Positions 38,492 through 48,300 of a DNA stretch of 64,000 nucleotides are shown here, in pieces. The position numbers and the translations under genes were made by a program. The notes below the pieces were generated by a model. The model saw nothing but the letters and a program-made list of their open reading frames with translations, made no database searches and had not been told where the DNA came from. Origin of the DNA: Candidatus Multivorans sp. (GTDB taxonomy: Bacteria > Acidobacteriota > Thermoanaerobaculia > Multivoradales > Multivoraceae); contig OZ244152.1 of the NCBI GenBank assembly GCA_965216125.1, forward strand, positions 2,755,035 through 2,819,034. The letters are read 5' to 3'. Position 1 is the stretch's first letter. Every line of letters starts with the position of its first letter.

Positions 38492-41400
38492 ATGCTCATT
38501 CGGCCTTTCAATCTCGGCAGTCAATTGCATCTGAGCGATACACCAACCCGGGCGGGGGCACGGCCGGTCGTGGCGCTGGTTTTCCTGACGGCTTGCCTGA
38601 GCTACGGGCCTTCCGCGGTCGCCCAATCCGTTCCGGACCACGACCGGCGCCCGCAGCCGCGGTTCGTCGGCCAGGCCGCCAGCGTCAGCAGCATCGCGAT
38701 CACGTCTGATCCCGGATCGGACGGCTACTACACGCGTAGCGACGTGATCGAGGTCACGGTGACCTTCGATGAGACCGTGACGGTGAACTTCAACGACGGG
38801 ACGCCGTCTCTGGCCTTGACGGTGGGCGACGAGACGCGTTTGGCGGAGTATGACCGGGGTTCCGGTACAACGGCGTTGGTGTTCGGGCATCGGTTGAGAT
38901 TCGCCTCCGCTTCCGCGGATGTCACGCATCTCTTGACCGGCAATCTCGGCTTGAGCGGAACGGCGGGCGACGAGGACACCGACGGCGTGAGCGTCGAGGG
39001 CGGCTCGATTGCGCTGAACGGAGGCACGATCAAGAACACGGCGAACGAGGACGCCGATCTCGCGTACTCCAGCCTGATGGCCCAGTCCGGTCACAGAGTC
39101 GACTCGGTCAGCCCCGGTCTGCTTCTCAATCCCGTGGTGAACGGCGCGACACTGAAGCTCGTCTACCGCGAAGAGTTCGACACCTCCATATCGCCGGCTG
39201 CAAGCGTCTTCACGGTGACGGTCGGAGGCAATGGCCGCACGGTGTCGGATGTCTCGGTGGACGGGGCTGCGGTGAGTCTGACGCTCGACTCCGCTGTGAA
39301 CCACGGAGACGGTGTATCGATCGCCGTGGCCTACTCGACGTCGCTGAGGGATCTGGCAGGCAACGCGGCGTCAGTGATCAACGGCACGTCGGTGACAAAT
39401 GAAACGCCTGCGGCGCCGGCGCCGGCTCCTGACCCACTGGGACCGAGTGTCACCGGGATTGCCCTCGGATCGACGCCGGGACCCGACGGGTTCTACGTGG
39501 GCGGCGATGACATCGATGTCACAGTGACGTTTGACGACAGCGTGACGGTGGACACAACGAACGGTGAGCCGTCCCTCCGCCTGATGGTCGGACAACTGCC
39601 CAGGCATGCCGTCTACAAGGAAGGCTCAGGCTCGGCGACGTTGACGTTTCGTTACACGGTAGCGGCGGGTTACCCGCCCCTGGCCGCGATCTTCCTGAAC
39701 AATCACTCGAACCGGTCATTGACCGTGGGTGACGAGGATGGAGACGGCCTGAGCATCGAGGCGGGCCGGATCGCGTTGAACGGCGCCACGATTCAGAACG
39801 CGACGAACAACAACGCCGACCTGGCCCACTCAGAGGTTCTGGCGCAGTCCGGCCACAAGGTGGACGGTGTCGGTCCGACGATGCGGGGCCGCTCGCACCT
39901 CAGCGGCGAAACGTTGACGATGACCTTCCTCGAAGTCCTCGACGAGTCCTCGATCCCGGATGCGGCTGACTTTTCGGTCGACGGTACGCGGGTGGATGAC
40001 GTTCGAATCGTCACCGAGGTCGACGTGGGCGGCGCCGTCGTCACGTTGACGCTCGACACGCGGGTTGAGCACGACGACCGCGTATGGCTCAACTACGTAC
40101 CGGGCGCGACTCCGATTCGGGATCACCTCGGCAACGAGGCGCTTGAGGTAGGAGCCTCCTTCGTGGAGAACTACACCCCGCCTCCTCCTCCTCCGATCAT
40201 TGACCCGGACGCCGCGAACGTCGAGATGCTGACCCTCGCTTCGACGCCCGGGAGTGACGAGACCTATGCGGGGGGCGACGCGCTCGACGTCACCCTGGCG
40301 TTCGACCGGGACGTGACCATGGACACGACGAACGGCACGCCATCGATTTTGCTTTCGGTGGGCTCTCGTCCCCGGGAGGCCTTCTACACCGGCGGTTCGG
40401 GTTCGTCGACGCTGACCTTCAGCTACACGGTCGCCGCGGGCGCGGATGCGTTCTTCGTGACGATCCTCCGTTTGCTCGGCCGCCCGGCGCCGCCGATAGG
40501 CGATGAAGACGAAGACGGTCTGAGCGTCGAGGCGGGCGTGATCGCGCTCAATGGCGGTGTGATCCGGGACAGCACGAACCGGGCTGTCAACGTCCCGCAC
40601 CCGGAGTTGGCCACCCTCTCGGACCACAAGGTGGACGGGATCATGCCGTACCTGCGGGCTGGTGGCTCGGTCGACGGCGCAACGCTAAGCGTAGAGTTCA
40701 GCGAGGCCCTGGATCCAGCCGCCCGGGACGCGGACGGCTTTGTGGTCGAGATCGACGGCGGTGAGCGGTGCATCTCGGCCACCGCGGTCGATATCAGCGG
40801 CGCGGACGTGACATTGACGCTTGCCGCGGCGGTGGGGCCGGGTGAGCAGGTCGCGGTGCGCTACACGCCCGGCGCGAGTCCGCTTCGCGACCTCGTCGGC
40901 AACGCCGGGTTCAACGACCAGACGGGGGTGACGAATCAGACGACGACCGGTTCGGGCGGCAACGGCGTCGCTTGCGTGAGTCCACCGCCTCCGCCGCCAC
41001 CGCCTCCACCGCCGCCACCGCCACCGCCACCACCGCCTCCACCTCCACCACCCCCGCCTCCGCCACCACCACCTCCACCGCCTCCCGACGATGGCGCCGA
41101 TGGCGACGCCGGCGATGAGGACGGCGATGAGGACGACGGTGACGATGGCGATGGCGATGGCGACGATGGCGATGGCGACGATGGCGATGAGGACGGCGAC
41201 GATGGCGTGCCGCCGCCGAGTGGTCCGCCCGAAGCTGCCTTCACGGTGAGCGCAGAGTGCGCCGACGAACTGTGCCGTACTCGGACAGGCGTCGCGGTGA
41301 CGTTCGCCGACGTGAGTACCGGCATCGTCCGGTCCCGCATGTGGGAGTTCGGAGACGGCAAGCGGTCCCGGAACGGGGGCCTGGAGTACGCGTGGTCGGA

Positions 41401-41854
41401 GCCCGGCTTCTACAAGGTCACGTTGACCGTGAGTGACGGCCTCTTGGTGTCGAAGCTGTCCCGGACCTTCCTGGTCGAGGCGAGCGAGCCGGCGGGCACG
41501 TGTGAACCCGATGCGAAGACGTTGTGCCTGCAGGACTCGCGCTACGCGGCACGGGTCTCGTGGTGGACGTTAGACGGGCGGGCGGGTCCAGGAATCGTGG
41601 TCCGCGAGGGGACCAACGACTCGGGCCTGTTCTGGTTCTTCAACCCGGACAACTGGGAGGTTCTCATCAAGGTGCTGGACGGCTGTGCGCTGAACGGCAA
41701 CGTCTGGGTGTTCGGCGCCTCGACGATGGACTTGGGGTCTGTGATCGAAGTGACCGACACCGTGACGGGGGCCGTGAAGGAGTACAGCAACGAGCCGGGT
41801 CGGCCGGCGCCGGCGATCACCGACGCGCAGGCGTTCCAAGCGTGCGCCCGCTGA
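38492..41854 (+). CDS. Large secreted protein with five Ig-like repeat domains of about 130 aa, a poly-Pro linker of about 35 residues, an acidic (D/G/E) linker, a PKD domain and the shared C-terminal four-Cys domain
   Basis: Signal peptide VVALVFLTACLSYGPSAVAQ. Repeated ..LNGGTI(K/Q)N..N.DADLA.S...AQSGHKVDG modules, also present in the two giants. P-tract then DDGADGDAGDEDGDEDDGDDGDGDGDDGDGDDGDEDGDDG. C-terminal ASEPAGTCEPDAKTLCLQDSRYAA..NWEVLIKVLDGC. Confidence 0.75.
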   Translation: MLIRPFNLGSQLHLSDTPTRAGARPVVALVFLTACLSYGPSAVAQSVPDHDRRPQPRFVGQAASVSSIAITSDPGSDGYYTRSDVIEVTVTFDETVTVNFNDGTPSLALTVGDETRLAEYDRGSGTTALVFGHRLRFASASADVTHLLTGNLGLSGTAGDEDTDGVSVEGGSIALNGGTIKNTANEDADLAYSSLMAQSGHRVDSVSPGLLLNPVVNGATLKLVYREEFDTSISPAASVFTVTVGGNGRTVSDVSVDGAAVSLTLDSAVNHGDGVSIAVAYSTSLRDLAGNAASVINGTSVTNETPAAPAPAPDPLGPSVTGIALGSTPGPDGFYVGGDDIDVTVTFDDSVTVDTTNGEPSLRLMVGQLPRHAVYKEGSGSATLTFRYTVAAGYPPLAAIFLNNHSNRSLTVGDEDGDGLSIEAGRIALNGATIQNATNNNADLAHSEVLAQSGHKVDGVGPTMRGRSHLSGETLTMTFLEVLDESSIPDAADFSVDGTRVDDVRIVTEVDVGGAVVTLTLDTRVEHDDRVWLNYVPGATPIRDHLGNEALEVGASFVENYTPPPPPPIIDPDAANVEMLTLASTPGSDETYAGGDALDVTLAFDRDVTMDTTNGTPSILLSVGSRPREAFYTGGSGSSTLTFSYTVAAGADAFFVTILRLLGRPAPPIGDEDEDGLSVEAGVIALNGGVIRDSTNRAVNVPHPELATLSDHKVDGIMPYLRAGGSVDGATLSVEFSEALDPAARDADGFVVEIDGGERCISATAVDISGADVTLTLAAAVGPGEQVAVRYTPGASPLRDLVGNAGFNDQTGVTNQTTTGSGGNGVACVSPPPPPPPPPPPPPPPPPPPPPPPPPPPPPPPPPPPDDGADGDAGDEDGDEDDGDDGDGDGDDGDGDDGDEDGDDGVPPPSGPPEAAFTVSAECADELCRTRTGVAVTFADVSTGIVRSRMWEFGDGKRSRNGGLEYAWSEPGFYKVTLTVSDGLLVSKLSRTFLVEASEPAGTCEPDAKTLCLQDSRYAARVSWWTLDGRAGPGIVVREGTNDSGLFWFFNPDNWEVLIKVLDGCALNGNVWVFGASTMDLGSVIEVTDTVTGAVKEYSNEPGRPAPAITDAQAFQACAR
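40983..41216 (+). repeat. Low-complexity coding DNA: (CCN)n poly-Pro tract followed by a (GAYGGC)n Asp/Gly tract
   Basis: Read directly in the sequence. Slippage-prone tracts inside gene 38492..41854. Confidence 0.75.
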
Positions 41855-41869
41855 CGGGCGCACGCTTGG
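41836..41869. terminator. Perfect 15-bp inverted repeat (CCAAGCGTGCGCCCG / CGGGCGCACGCTTGG) with a 4-nt loop CTGA containing the stop codon of gene 38492..41854
   Basis: Palindrome verified base by base. It sits between convergent genes (the MFS gene stops at 41949 on the other strand). There is no U-tract, so it may be a factor-independent hairpin of the GC-rich-genome type, or a bidirectional terminator. Confidence 0.5.
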
Positions 41870-41948
41870 TTCACGGCTGGCACGCGGAGCGCGCCAGCCG
41901 GGTTCCCGGAGGGATGCCGGCCTTAGAGGCAGTTGGGCAACTTGTCGT

Positions 41949-43559
41949 TCAGGCCGCTGCGACGACTTCGCCGGCAGCCTGGGCGCGTTCGATTCGGCTC
42001 TCCTCGTCCTTGGCCACGGTGCGGCCGGCAAGCCAGAAGAACACCGTGCCGATGAGGTAGGCGCCGAGACCGATCAGCATGGCGAGCTGCAGGGAACGGC
42101 CGGAGTCGGCGCCGCCGGCCTCGAACGTGCCGCTCATCCAGCCCATCAGGAACGGCCCGAGGGCGAGACCGACGAAGGTCATCGTGAGGATGTAGAAGGC
42201 GGACGCCGTCCCGCGCATCCTGGGCAGCACGAGGTCGTTGGCCATCGCAACGGCGGAACCGATCCAGCACGCCGAGGTGATCGTGAAGAGGAAGTTGAAG
42301 ACGTAGGCTGTGGCCACGTTGTCGGCGAGCAGGAAGGCTGCGCCGAGCGGTATCGACGCCAGAGCGGCGAAGGCGCCGAAAAGTGGGCGGGCGTTCGCCC
42401 TTCTTCGTTTCAGCCAGTCGGAGAAGTAGCCGCCGCCGGTCACTCCAAGCCAGCCTGCGACCGCGGCAGTGAGACCGAGGACCAGTCCGGCCTGACCGGC
42501 GCTCTGCTCGTGAACTCGCCGGAAGAACGTCGGCGCCCAGAAGCCCGCGCCGTAGCCGACGAACGCGATCCAGCCGAAGCCGATCATGCCGTAGATCATG
42601 GACCGCGTGCCGTAGATCAGTTCGAAAGTCGGCCGGTCCCTCACCCGGAGTCCCTGCACCCAGGAGAGGAAGGCGTAGGCGCCGATCGCGAGTGCGATCC
42701 ACTGCGCCGGCCTGCCGAAGATCTGGATCAGGAGGAAGGAGCTGCCGGCGCACCCGAGCGCGATCAGCAGATTCGCACCGACCGCGCGGTAGCCGCCGTT
42801 GCCGTACAGCGAGAACACGGTCAGCGGCGGGAGAATGGCGGCTGTCTCCCGGCCCAGTTCCTTGAACGGCGCCGGATGCGGGGGAGTGACGATGCCCTCG
42901 CTCTGGCCCCGTACGGGCTCCCGCAGGGTCCACACCCAGATCGCCATGAGGAGTCCGGGAAGGCCGACGGCGAAGAAGGCGACCTGCCAGCCGACAAGGC
43001 CGAACGGCGCCCCGCCGTCGCCGTACGCGGCGTTCCACCGGTCGACGATCTGGCCGCCGATCAGGATGCCGATGCCGGAGCCGATGTAGACCCCACTCGA
43101 GTAGATGGCGGTCACCGTGGCGCGCAGCCGCGGCGGGTAGTAGTCCCCTAGCATGGAGAACGCCGCTGGGCCGGCGCTCGACTCGCCAATGCCGACGCCG
43201 ATCCGGTAGGCGGCGAGTGACGTGAATCCGCGCGCGGTGCCGGACAGCGCCGTCATCAGGCTCCAGGCGCCCAAGCCGATCGCGATCAGGTTCTTGCGGG
43301 TCCACATGTCGGCCAGCCGGCCGATCGGAATGCCGAAGATGGCGTAGAAGACGGCGAACGCGGTGCCGTAGAGGAAACCGAGCTGAGCGTCGTCGATCCC
43401 CAGATCGGCGCGGATGTCCTCCGCCAGGATGGAGAGGATCTGACGGTCGATGAAATTGAAGACGTAGACCAGGACGAGGACGCCCAGGACGTAGTTGGAG
43501 TACCCCCGGCTGGATAGTTTGGGGTTGGGGTTCTGCGCGTCCTGGTCTGTTGACGTCAT
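41949..43559 (-). CDS. MFS transporter (Spinster-like subfamily)
   Basis: 536 aa, 12 or more predicted TM segments. N-terminal FIDRQILSILAEDI..LGFLYGTAFAVFYAIFGIPIGRLAD motif typical of MFS_1. Confidence 0.85.
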   Translation of the reverse strand: MTSTDQDAQNPNPKLSSRGYSNYVLGVLVLVYVFNFIDRQILSILAEDIRADLGIDDAQLGFLYGTAFAVFYAIFGIPIGRLADMWTRKNLIAIGLGAWSLMTALSGTARGFTSLAAYRIGVGIGESSAGPAAFSMLGDYYPPRLRATVTAIYSSGVYIGSGIGILIGGQIVDRWNAAYGDGGAPFGLVGWQVAFFAVGLPGLLMAIWVWTLREPVRGQSEGIVTPPHPAPFKELGRETAAILPPLTVFSLYGNGGYRAVGANLLIALGCAGSSFLLIQIFGRPAQWIALAIGAYAFLSWVQGLRVRDRPTFELIYGTRSMIYGMIGFGWIAFVGYGAGFWAPTFFRRVHEQSAGQAGLVLGLTAAVAGWLGVTGGGYFSDWLKRRRANARPLFGAFAALASIPLGAAFLLADNVATAYVFNFLFTITSACWIGSAVAMANDLVLPRMRGTASAFYILTMTFVGLALGPFLMGWMSGTFEAGGADSGRSLQLAMLIGLGAYLIGTVFFWLAGRTVAKDEESRIERAQAAGEVVAAA

Positions 43560-43572
43560 TCCGCTCCTGGTG

Positions 43573-44100
43573 TCATTCGGCGGCGTTCGCGCCGGGTGCT
43601 GCCATGGCGCCGGGCACGGTGCCCTTGGCCAGTTCCTGGTCGATCATCAGCATACCGACGCCGTCGCCCTTGATCAGCCGGACCCTGCCGAGCAGGGTGC
43701 GGGCGATGTTCTCCTCTTCGACCTGCTCGTTGATGAACCACTGGAGCATGATCGAGGCGGCGCGGTCGTGGACGCTTTCGGAGAGATCGTAGAGGTCCTC
43801 GATCGCACGGGTGACGGTCTGTTCGCTCTCGAGAATCGCGGCAACCGCGGCCTCGGGCGATTCCCATTCCGTCGGCTGGGCCGGGATGGGCGGGATCTTG
43901 ACCAGCAGGTCACGGTCGGCGAGGTGGTCGATGATGCGGTGGGCGTGGCCGAGTTCGTCGGCGGACTGGCCGCGCAGCCAGGCGCCGAACCCCGGCAGGT
44001 CCATGCGCTCGAGCCAGAGCGCCATGGACAGGTAGCGGTGGGCGGCCTCGAACTCGAGTTGGAGATGTGCATTCAGACGGTCGTGGAGGGTCGGGTCCAT
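43573..44100 (-). CDS. Ferritin-like iron-storage protein (bacterial non-haem ferritin)
   Basis: The four-helix-bundle ferritin pattern LNAHLQLEFEAAHRYLSMALW..ELGHAHRIIDHL..ESEQTVT. The stop is 13 nt upstream of the MFS start, so the two are probably co-transcribed. Confidence 0.75.
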   Translation of the reverse strand: MDPTLHDRLNAHLQLEFEAAHRYLSMALWLERMDLPGFGAWLRGQSADELGHAHRIIDHLADRDLLVKIPPIPAQPTEWESPEAAVAAILESEQTVTRAIEDLYDLSESVHDRAASIMLQWFINEQVEEENIARTLLGRVRLIKGDGVGMLMIDQELAKGTVPGAMAAPGANAAE

Positions 44101-44252
44101 CGTGTCCTCTGGGGTGAGCGGTTGGAAGGGGACTCGGCGTCAGCATAGCGCCGCATGATGGAAACCGGTGGAGAACGCGGCGCGACAGCAGCATCATCCT
44201 GGGCACGCGGGCATCTTGCCCGCCCTCGGACCGAAGCCGTCCCGGTCGGCGC

Positions 44253-45233
44253 CTACGGCAGGAGTTCTTCGACGCCGGCGCGCTCTTCGAACAACTCGTC
44301 CTGGGTCGCCTGCATCCGCTCGCGACTGAACTCGTCAATGTCGAGGCCATGGACGATCTGGTAGTCGCCGCCGCTGGTGGTGACCGGGAAGGAGTAGACC
44401 ACGCCTTCCCTGGCGCCGTAGCTGCCGTCGGCCGGGATCGCCATGCTCACCCAGTCGCCGTCGGCGGTGCCCTGCACCCAGGTGCGGATGTGGTCGATCG
44501 CCGCGGCGGCCGCGGAGGCCGCCGAGGAGGCGCCGCGCGCCTTGATGATCGCGGCGCCGCGCTGCTGCACGGTGGGAATGAACTCCTCCCGGGTCCAGGC
44601 TTCGTCGACGAGTTCGGGCGCCGGCCGGCCATCGACCAGGGCATGGGTGAGGTCCGGGTACTGCGTCGCCGAGTGGTTGCCCCAGATCGTCATCCGGCGC
44701 ACACCGGTGGTGTGGGCGCCGGTTTTCTCCGCGAGCTGGCTGATCGCCCGGTTGTGGTCGAGCCGGGTCATCGCCGTGAACTGCCGCCGGTCGAGGCTGG
44801 GTGCGTTGCCGGCCGCGATCAGGGCGTTCGTGTTGGCCGGGTTGCCCACCACGACAACCCTCAGGTCACGGCTGGCGTGGGCGTCGAGCGCCTTGCCCTG
44901 GGCGGAGAAGATCTGGGCGTTCGCCTGCAGCAGATCCTTGCGCTCCATGCCCGGTCCGCGCGGCCGCGCGCCGACCAGCATGGCGATGTCGACACCGTCG
45001 AAGGCCTCGTTGGCGTCCGAACTGGGCACGATGTCGTGCAGGAGCGGATAGGCGGAGTCGCGGAGCTCCATGACCACGCCCGCGAGGGTGTACATGGCCG
45101 GCGGAATCTCCAGCAGATGCAGGCTCACAGGCTGGTCAGGCCCGAGCATCTCGCCGGCGGCGATGCGGAAGATAAGCGAATAGCCGATCTGACCGGCGGC
45201 TCCGGTGACGGCGACTCGAACGGGTGTCTTCAT
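44253..45233 (-). CDS. mdh: Malate dehydrogenase (NAD-dependent, LDH-like type 2 MDH)
   Basis: [16 protein letters not shown] dinucleotide fold. [10 protein letters not shown]. Catalytic TRLDHNRA with IWGNHS. Confidence 0.9.
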   Translation of the reverse strand: MKTPVRVAVTGAAGQIGYSLIFRIAAGEMLGPDQPVSLHLLEIPPAMYTLAGVVMELRDSAYPLLHDIVPSSDANEAFDGVDIAMLVGARPRGPGMERKDLLQANAQIFSAQGKALDAHASRDLRVVVVGNPANTNALIAAGNAPSLDRRQFTAMTRLDHNRAISQLAEKTGAHTTGVRRMTIWGNHSATQYPDLTHALVDGRPAPELVDEAWTREEFIPTVQQRGAAIIKARGASSAASAAAAAIDHIRTWVQGTADGDWVSMAIPADGSYGAREGVVYSFPVTTSGGDYQIVHGLDIDEFSRERMQATQDELFEERAGVEELLP

Positions 45234-45359
45234 GGCTTGGTTTCCTCCCAGAATCCGGCGCGCGATGGTAGCACCGCCATGGGGATGTGCGGCGGCGGTC
45301 AGGCGGCCAGGCGTAGACGGAAGAGTCGGTAGAGTCGTAGTTTCTGGAGAGGTGTATTC

Positions 45360-48300
45360 ATGCAGCGCCGCGTTCTGGACAGCATTGGGTTCCTGGCTGC
45401 CATGGGTCTGGCGGCAGGGCTTTCCTGGGCCGGTCGAGCCTCGGCGTCTGTGGAGGTGCGAGGCTCAGTTGAGGGCGCGGGCGCCGCGTCGGCGGAAGTC
45501 ATTCTGGTAGCGGCGCGGCCTCTGTACGACCTGCTGGCCGCGGTGCTGGCCGACGATCCGGCCGGGCTCTATCCCGTCGAAACGACCCTTCGGGCCGTGG
45601 ACGGGCGCTTTGCGTTCGAAAGCGCCGAGCCCGACGTCCGTTGGGTCGCGGTGCGGCGCGGTGGCTCCGTCGACAAGGCACTTCTGCTGGTCGGTCCACA
45701 GACGGACACGCTCCTGCGACCACTCCCGGCCGGCAGAGATGCCTTCTGCACGTTGAGCCTGGTGACGCCGGGAAGCGCTTGGGTTGTGGCCGGTCGGAGT
45801 CTGCGTGATCTCCGCTACTCGAGGTCCTGGAACACCTGGCCGCCGCTGCGGCGCCTCGAGGCCGGGAGAGCGACCCGCTACGAGTTCGATGCCGGCAGGA
45901 GGATTCGCTTCGACTCGGGGGTGCCGCGGGACTTCGTCACGCTGGCGGTCGGCGCTCCAGGGTACGAGCCGGCGGCCGTTGAGTGCGAGTCTGGCGCCAG
46001 CGTCTCCGTGGAACTCGAGAGAACGGAGGCACGGGTCGTCCAGGGTCAACTGCGACGGGACGGCTCGCCGCTGGCCAAGGCGATCCTGGTGCGGGCCGAC
46101 GGCTGGCCGGCGGCAGCCACCGATGAGACAGGTCGCTACCGGGCGCCGGCGGGGGCCTACACGGTGCTCGGCCCGGACGGCAGCATGGATGGCGTCGAAC
46201 TGGCGGACGGAGTGGCCGAACTCACCGCCAGCGCGCCGACGCCGGCGCGGGTCCAGATGGAAGGCGTTGACGGTGGCCCTCCGCCTGTCCTGGTGGCGCA
46301 CTGGACCTCGTCGGATGCGCTCCTCGCTGTTGATCGCGGAAGGCCGCAGAGTGTGCGGTTCCAGGTCGGCGCCGCGCCCGGTGTAGCCAGAACGACTGTC
46401 CTGGCAGGGCGCTTCGCTCCGCTCACGGTCACCTGGTCGGGGCGGCCTGTGGCCCTCTCGCTCGAGCCGCTGCGTCGGCTGGAGGGTGTGACGACGGACC
46501 TTGTGGGCGCCCCCGTGGGAGGCGCCGAGGTCTCGGTCACCGGGTCCGGCGTCACTTCGTTCGGAGTCTCCGATGACGCCGGGCGCTTTCTCGTCGAGTA
46601 TGCCGAGCTGCTGAGTCGCAGCCGACTTGTGGCCAGAGCCGCGGGCTACCGTGAAACGTCCACGGAACTGGACGATGTGTTGAGCAGGGCGGCGCCGGAG
46701 CGGATTGTGGTGGAGATGGCGACCACGCCGGCGATCGTTGGCCGGCTCGTGTCTGCTGCCAGCGGCGGTGCCGTTCGGGGAACTGTGGGGCTTGCCCTGG
46801 CGCCTGCCGTCAGTAGTTTCGTCGGAGACGTGGGCCTGTGGGACCTCAGGGACCCGATGGTGCTGAGAGTGCTGGGTACGGGAGATGACGGGATGTTCCG
46901 TCTCGACCCGGTCAACAAGGAACACGTTCGGCTTCTGGCGGCGGCTCCGGGCCATGGCACGACGTGGCGGAGGCTCCCCGACCCGCTCCCGGGCGCGCGA
47001 GGCGATCAGGATCTCGGTGATCTGGTCCTCGAGCCTGAGCTCGTGCTGCGGGGCCGTGTGATCGACGAGGACGGCGCCCCGGTTGCGGGCGCCACGGTCG
47101 ACTTCGGTACCGCCGCTCGTTTCCGGATGGGCGCGGGCAGCGCCGTGGTTGCCGACGTGGCGACCGATGAGAGCGGCCGCTTCCGCATCGCAAGTCTGAC
47201 GCCGCGCGACGCCGTTTCCCTGTCGGTCCGGGCGCTGGGGTTCGTGACCGCTCGGTTGCCACGGTTGACGCTGGACGTTCTGGACGTTGAGGAAGTCGAA
47301 GTCCGGCTTCGCCGCGCGATGGAGCTGAGCGGCCGCGTCGTTGACGAAGTGACGGGTGAGGGAATCGAAGGCGTGCAACTCCGTTTCGATCAGACGGTGC
47401 GAGATGGTGATGCGCATGCCGAGTCCGATGAGAACGGCGACTTCGTTCTGGGCGGTTTCCCGGCGGGCGCGGGCGTTCTCACCGCGCGCGCCTCGGGCTA
47501 TGAGCGTCTTGAGCGGTCCGTGGCGGAGGTGTCGACCGACCCGCTGGAGCTTGTGCTGCGCCCCAGACCCGAGATCGATGTTCTGGGCGTCGTGGTCCGC
47601 GACGGAGCGCCGGTCGCAGGGGCGTCGGTAAGGGTCCGGTCGGTCGTTTCGGTCACGGATGCTGCGGGCCGGTTCGCTCTCAAGTCCTCGCCGGGACGGA
47701 CGAGCCTCGAGTGCCGGGTTCCTGGCGCGGCGCGGCCGAGCCGGCGCGACATCGATGTCACCGCGTCCCTCGGTGAGATCACGATCGACGTGACGCCGGT
47801 CACCGTGCGCGGCCGCGTGACAGGGCCGGATGGAATGCCTGTGCCGGCTGCACTGGTGCGTGTGTTGCGCGGGGAAACGGACTTGTTCCCATTCGGCCGG
47901 GGGGACGCGCAAACCGGTCCGGACGGTGACTTCGAGCTCCAGATAGAACCCGGCCGCTACCGGTTGAGAGCGCGCCGAAACAACGCCCGGGGCCCGGAAG
48001 TCGAAGTGTCCGCCGTCGCGGGTGACGAGCCCTATGTGGAGCTGACGGTGCCGGCGCCCTGGCTGCTAAGGGTCCGGACTCTGGGCCTGAGCATCGTCGA
48101 GGCCGCCGAGGTCGAAGTATCCGTGCGGGCTTCCTTCGAGCAGGGAGGGACCATGTGGATCGGCATGAGACGCGTCACTGGCGGAACCGAGGTCGAGCCG
48201 GTGTTCGAGGCGGAGATCGGCAACTGGGGCGCCGCCACCGTGGTTGCCATCGCCACGGTCGGTGACCGGTCGCGCCGTACGCCACTTCAGTTGGCCCCGG

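Noticed and set aside
1-41854. Interpretation of the shared terminal domain as a type IX secretion (Por) C-terminal domain or a PEP-CTERM/MYXO-CTERM sorting tail
   Set aside because: At 115 aa it is too long for the exosortase-type tails, and it lacks a terminal TM helix with a basic tail. It shows none of the T9SS CTD motifs and no terminal Lys/Arg-rich strand. It also occurs at the N-terminus in one protein. No T9SS or exosortase genes are visible in the window.
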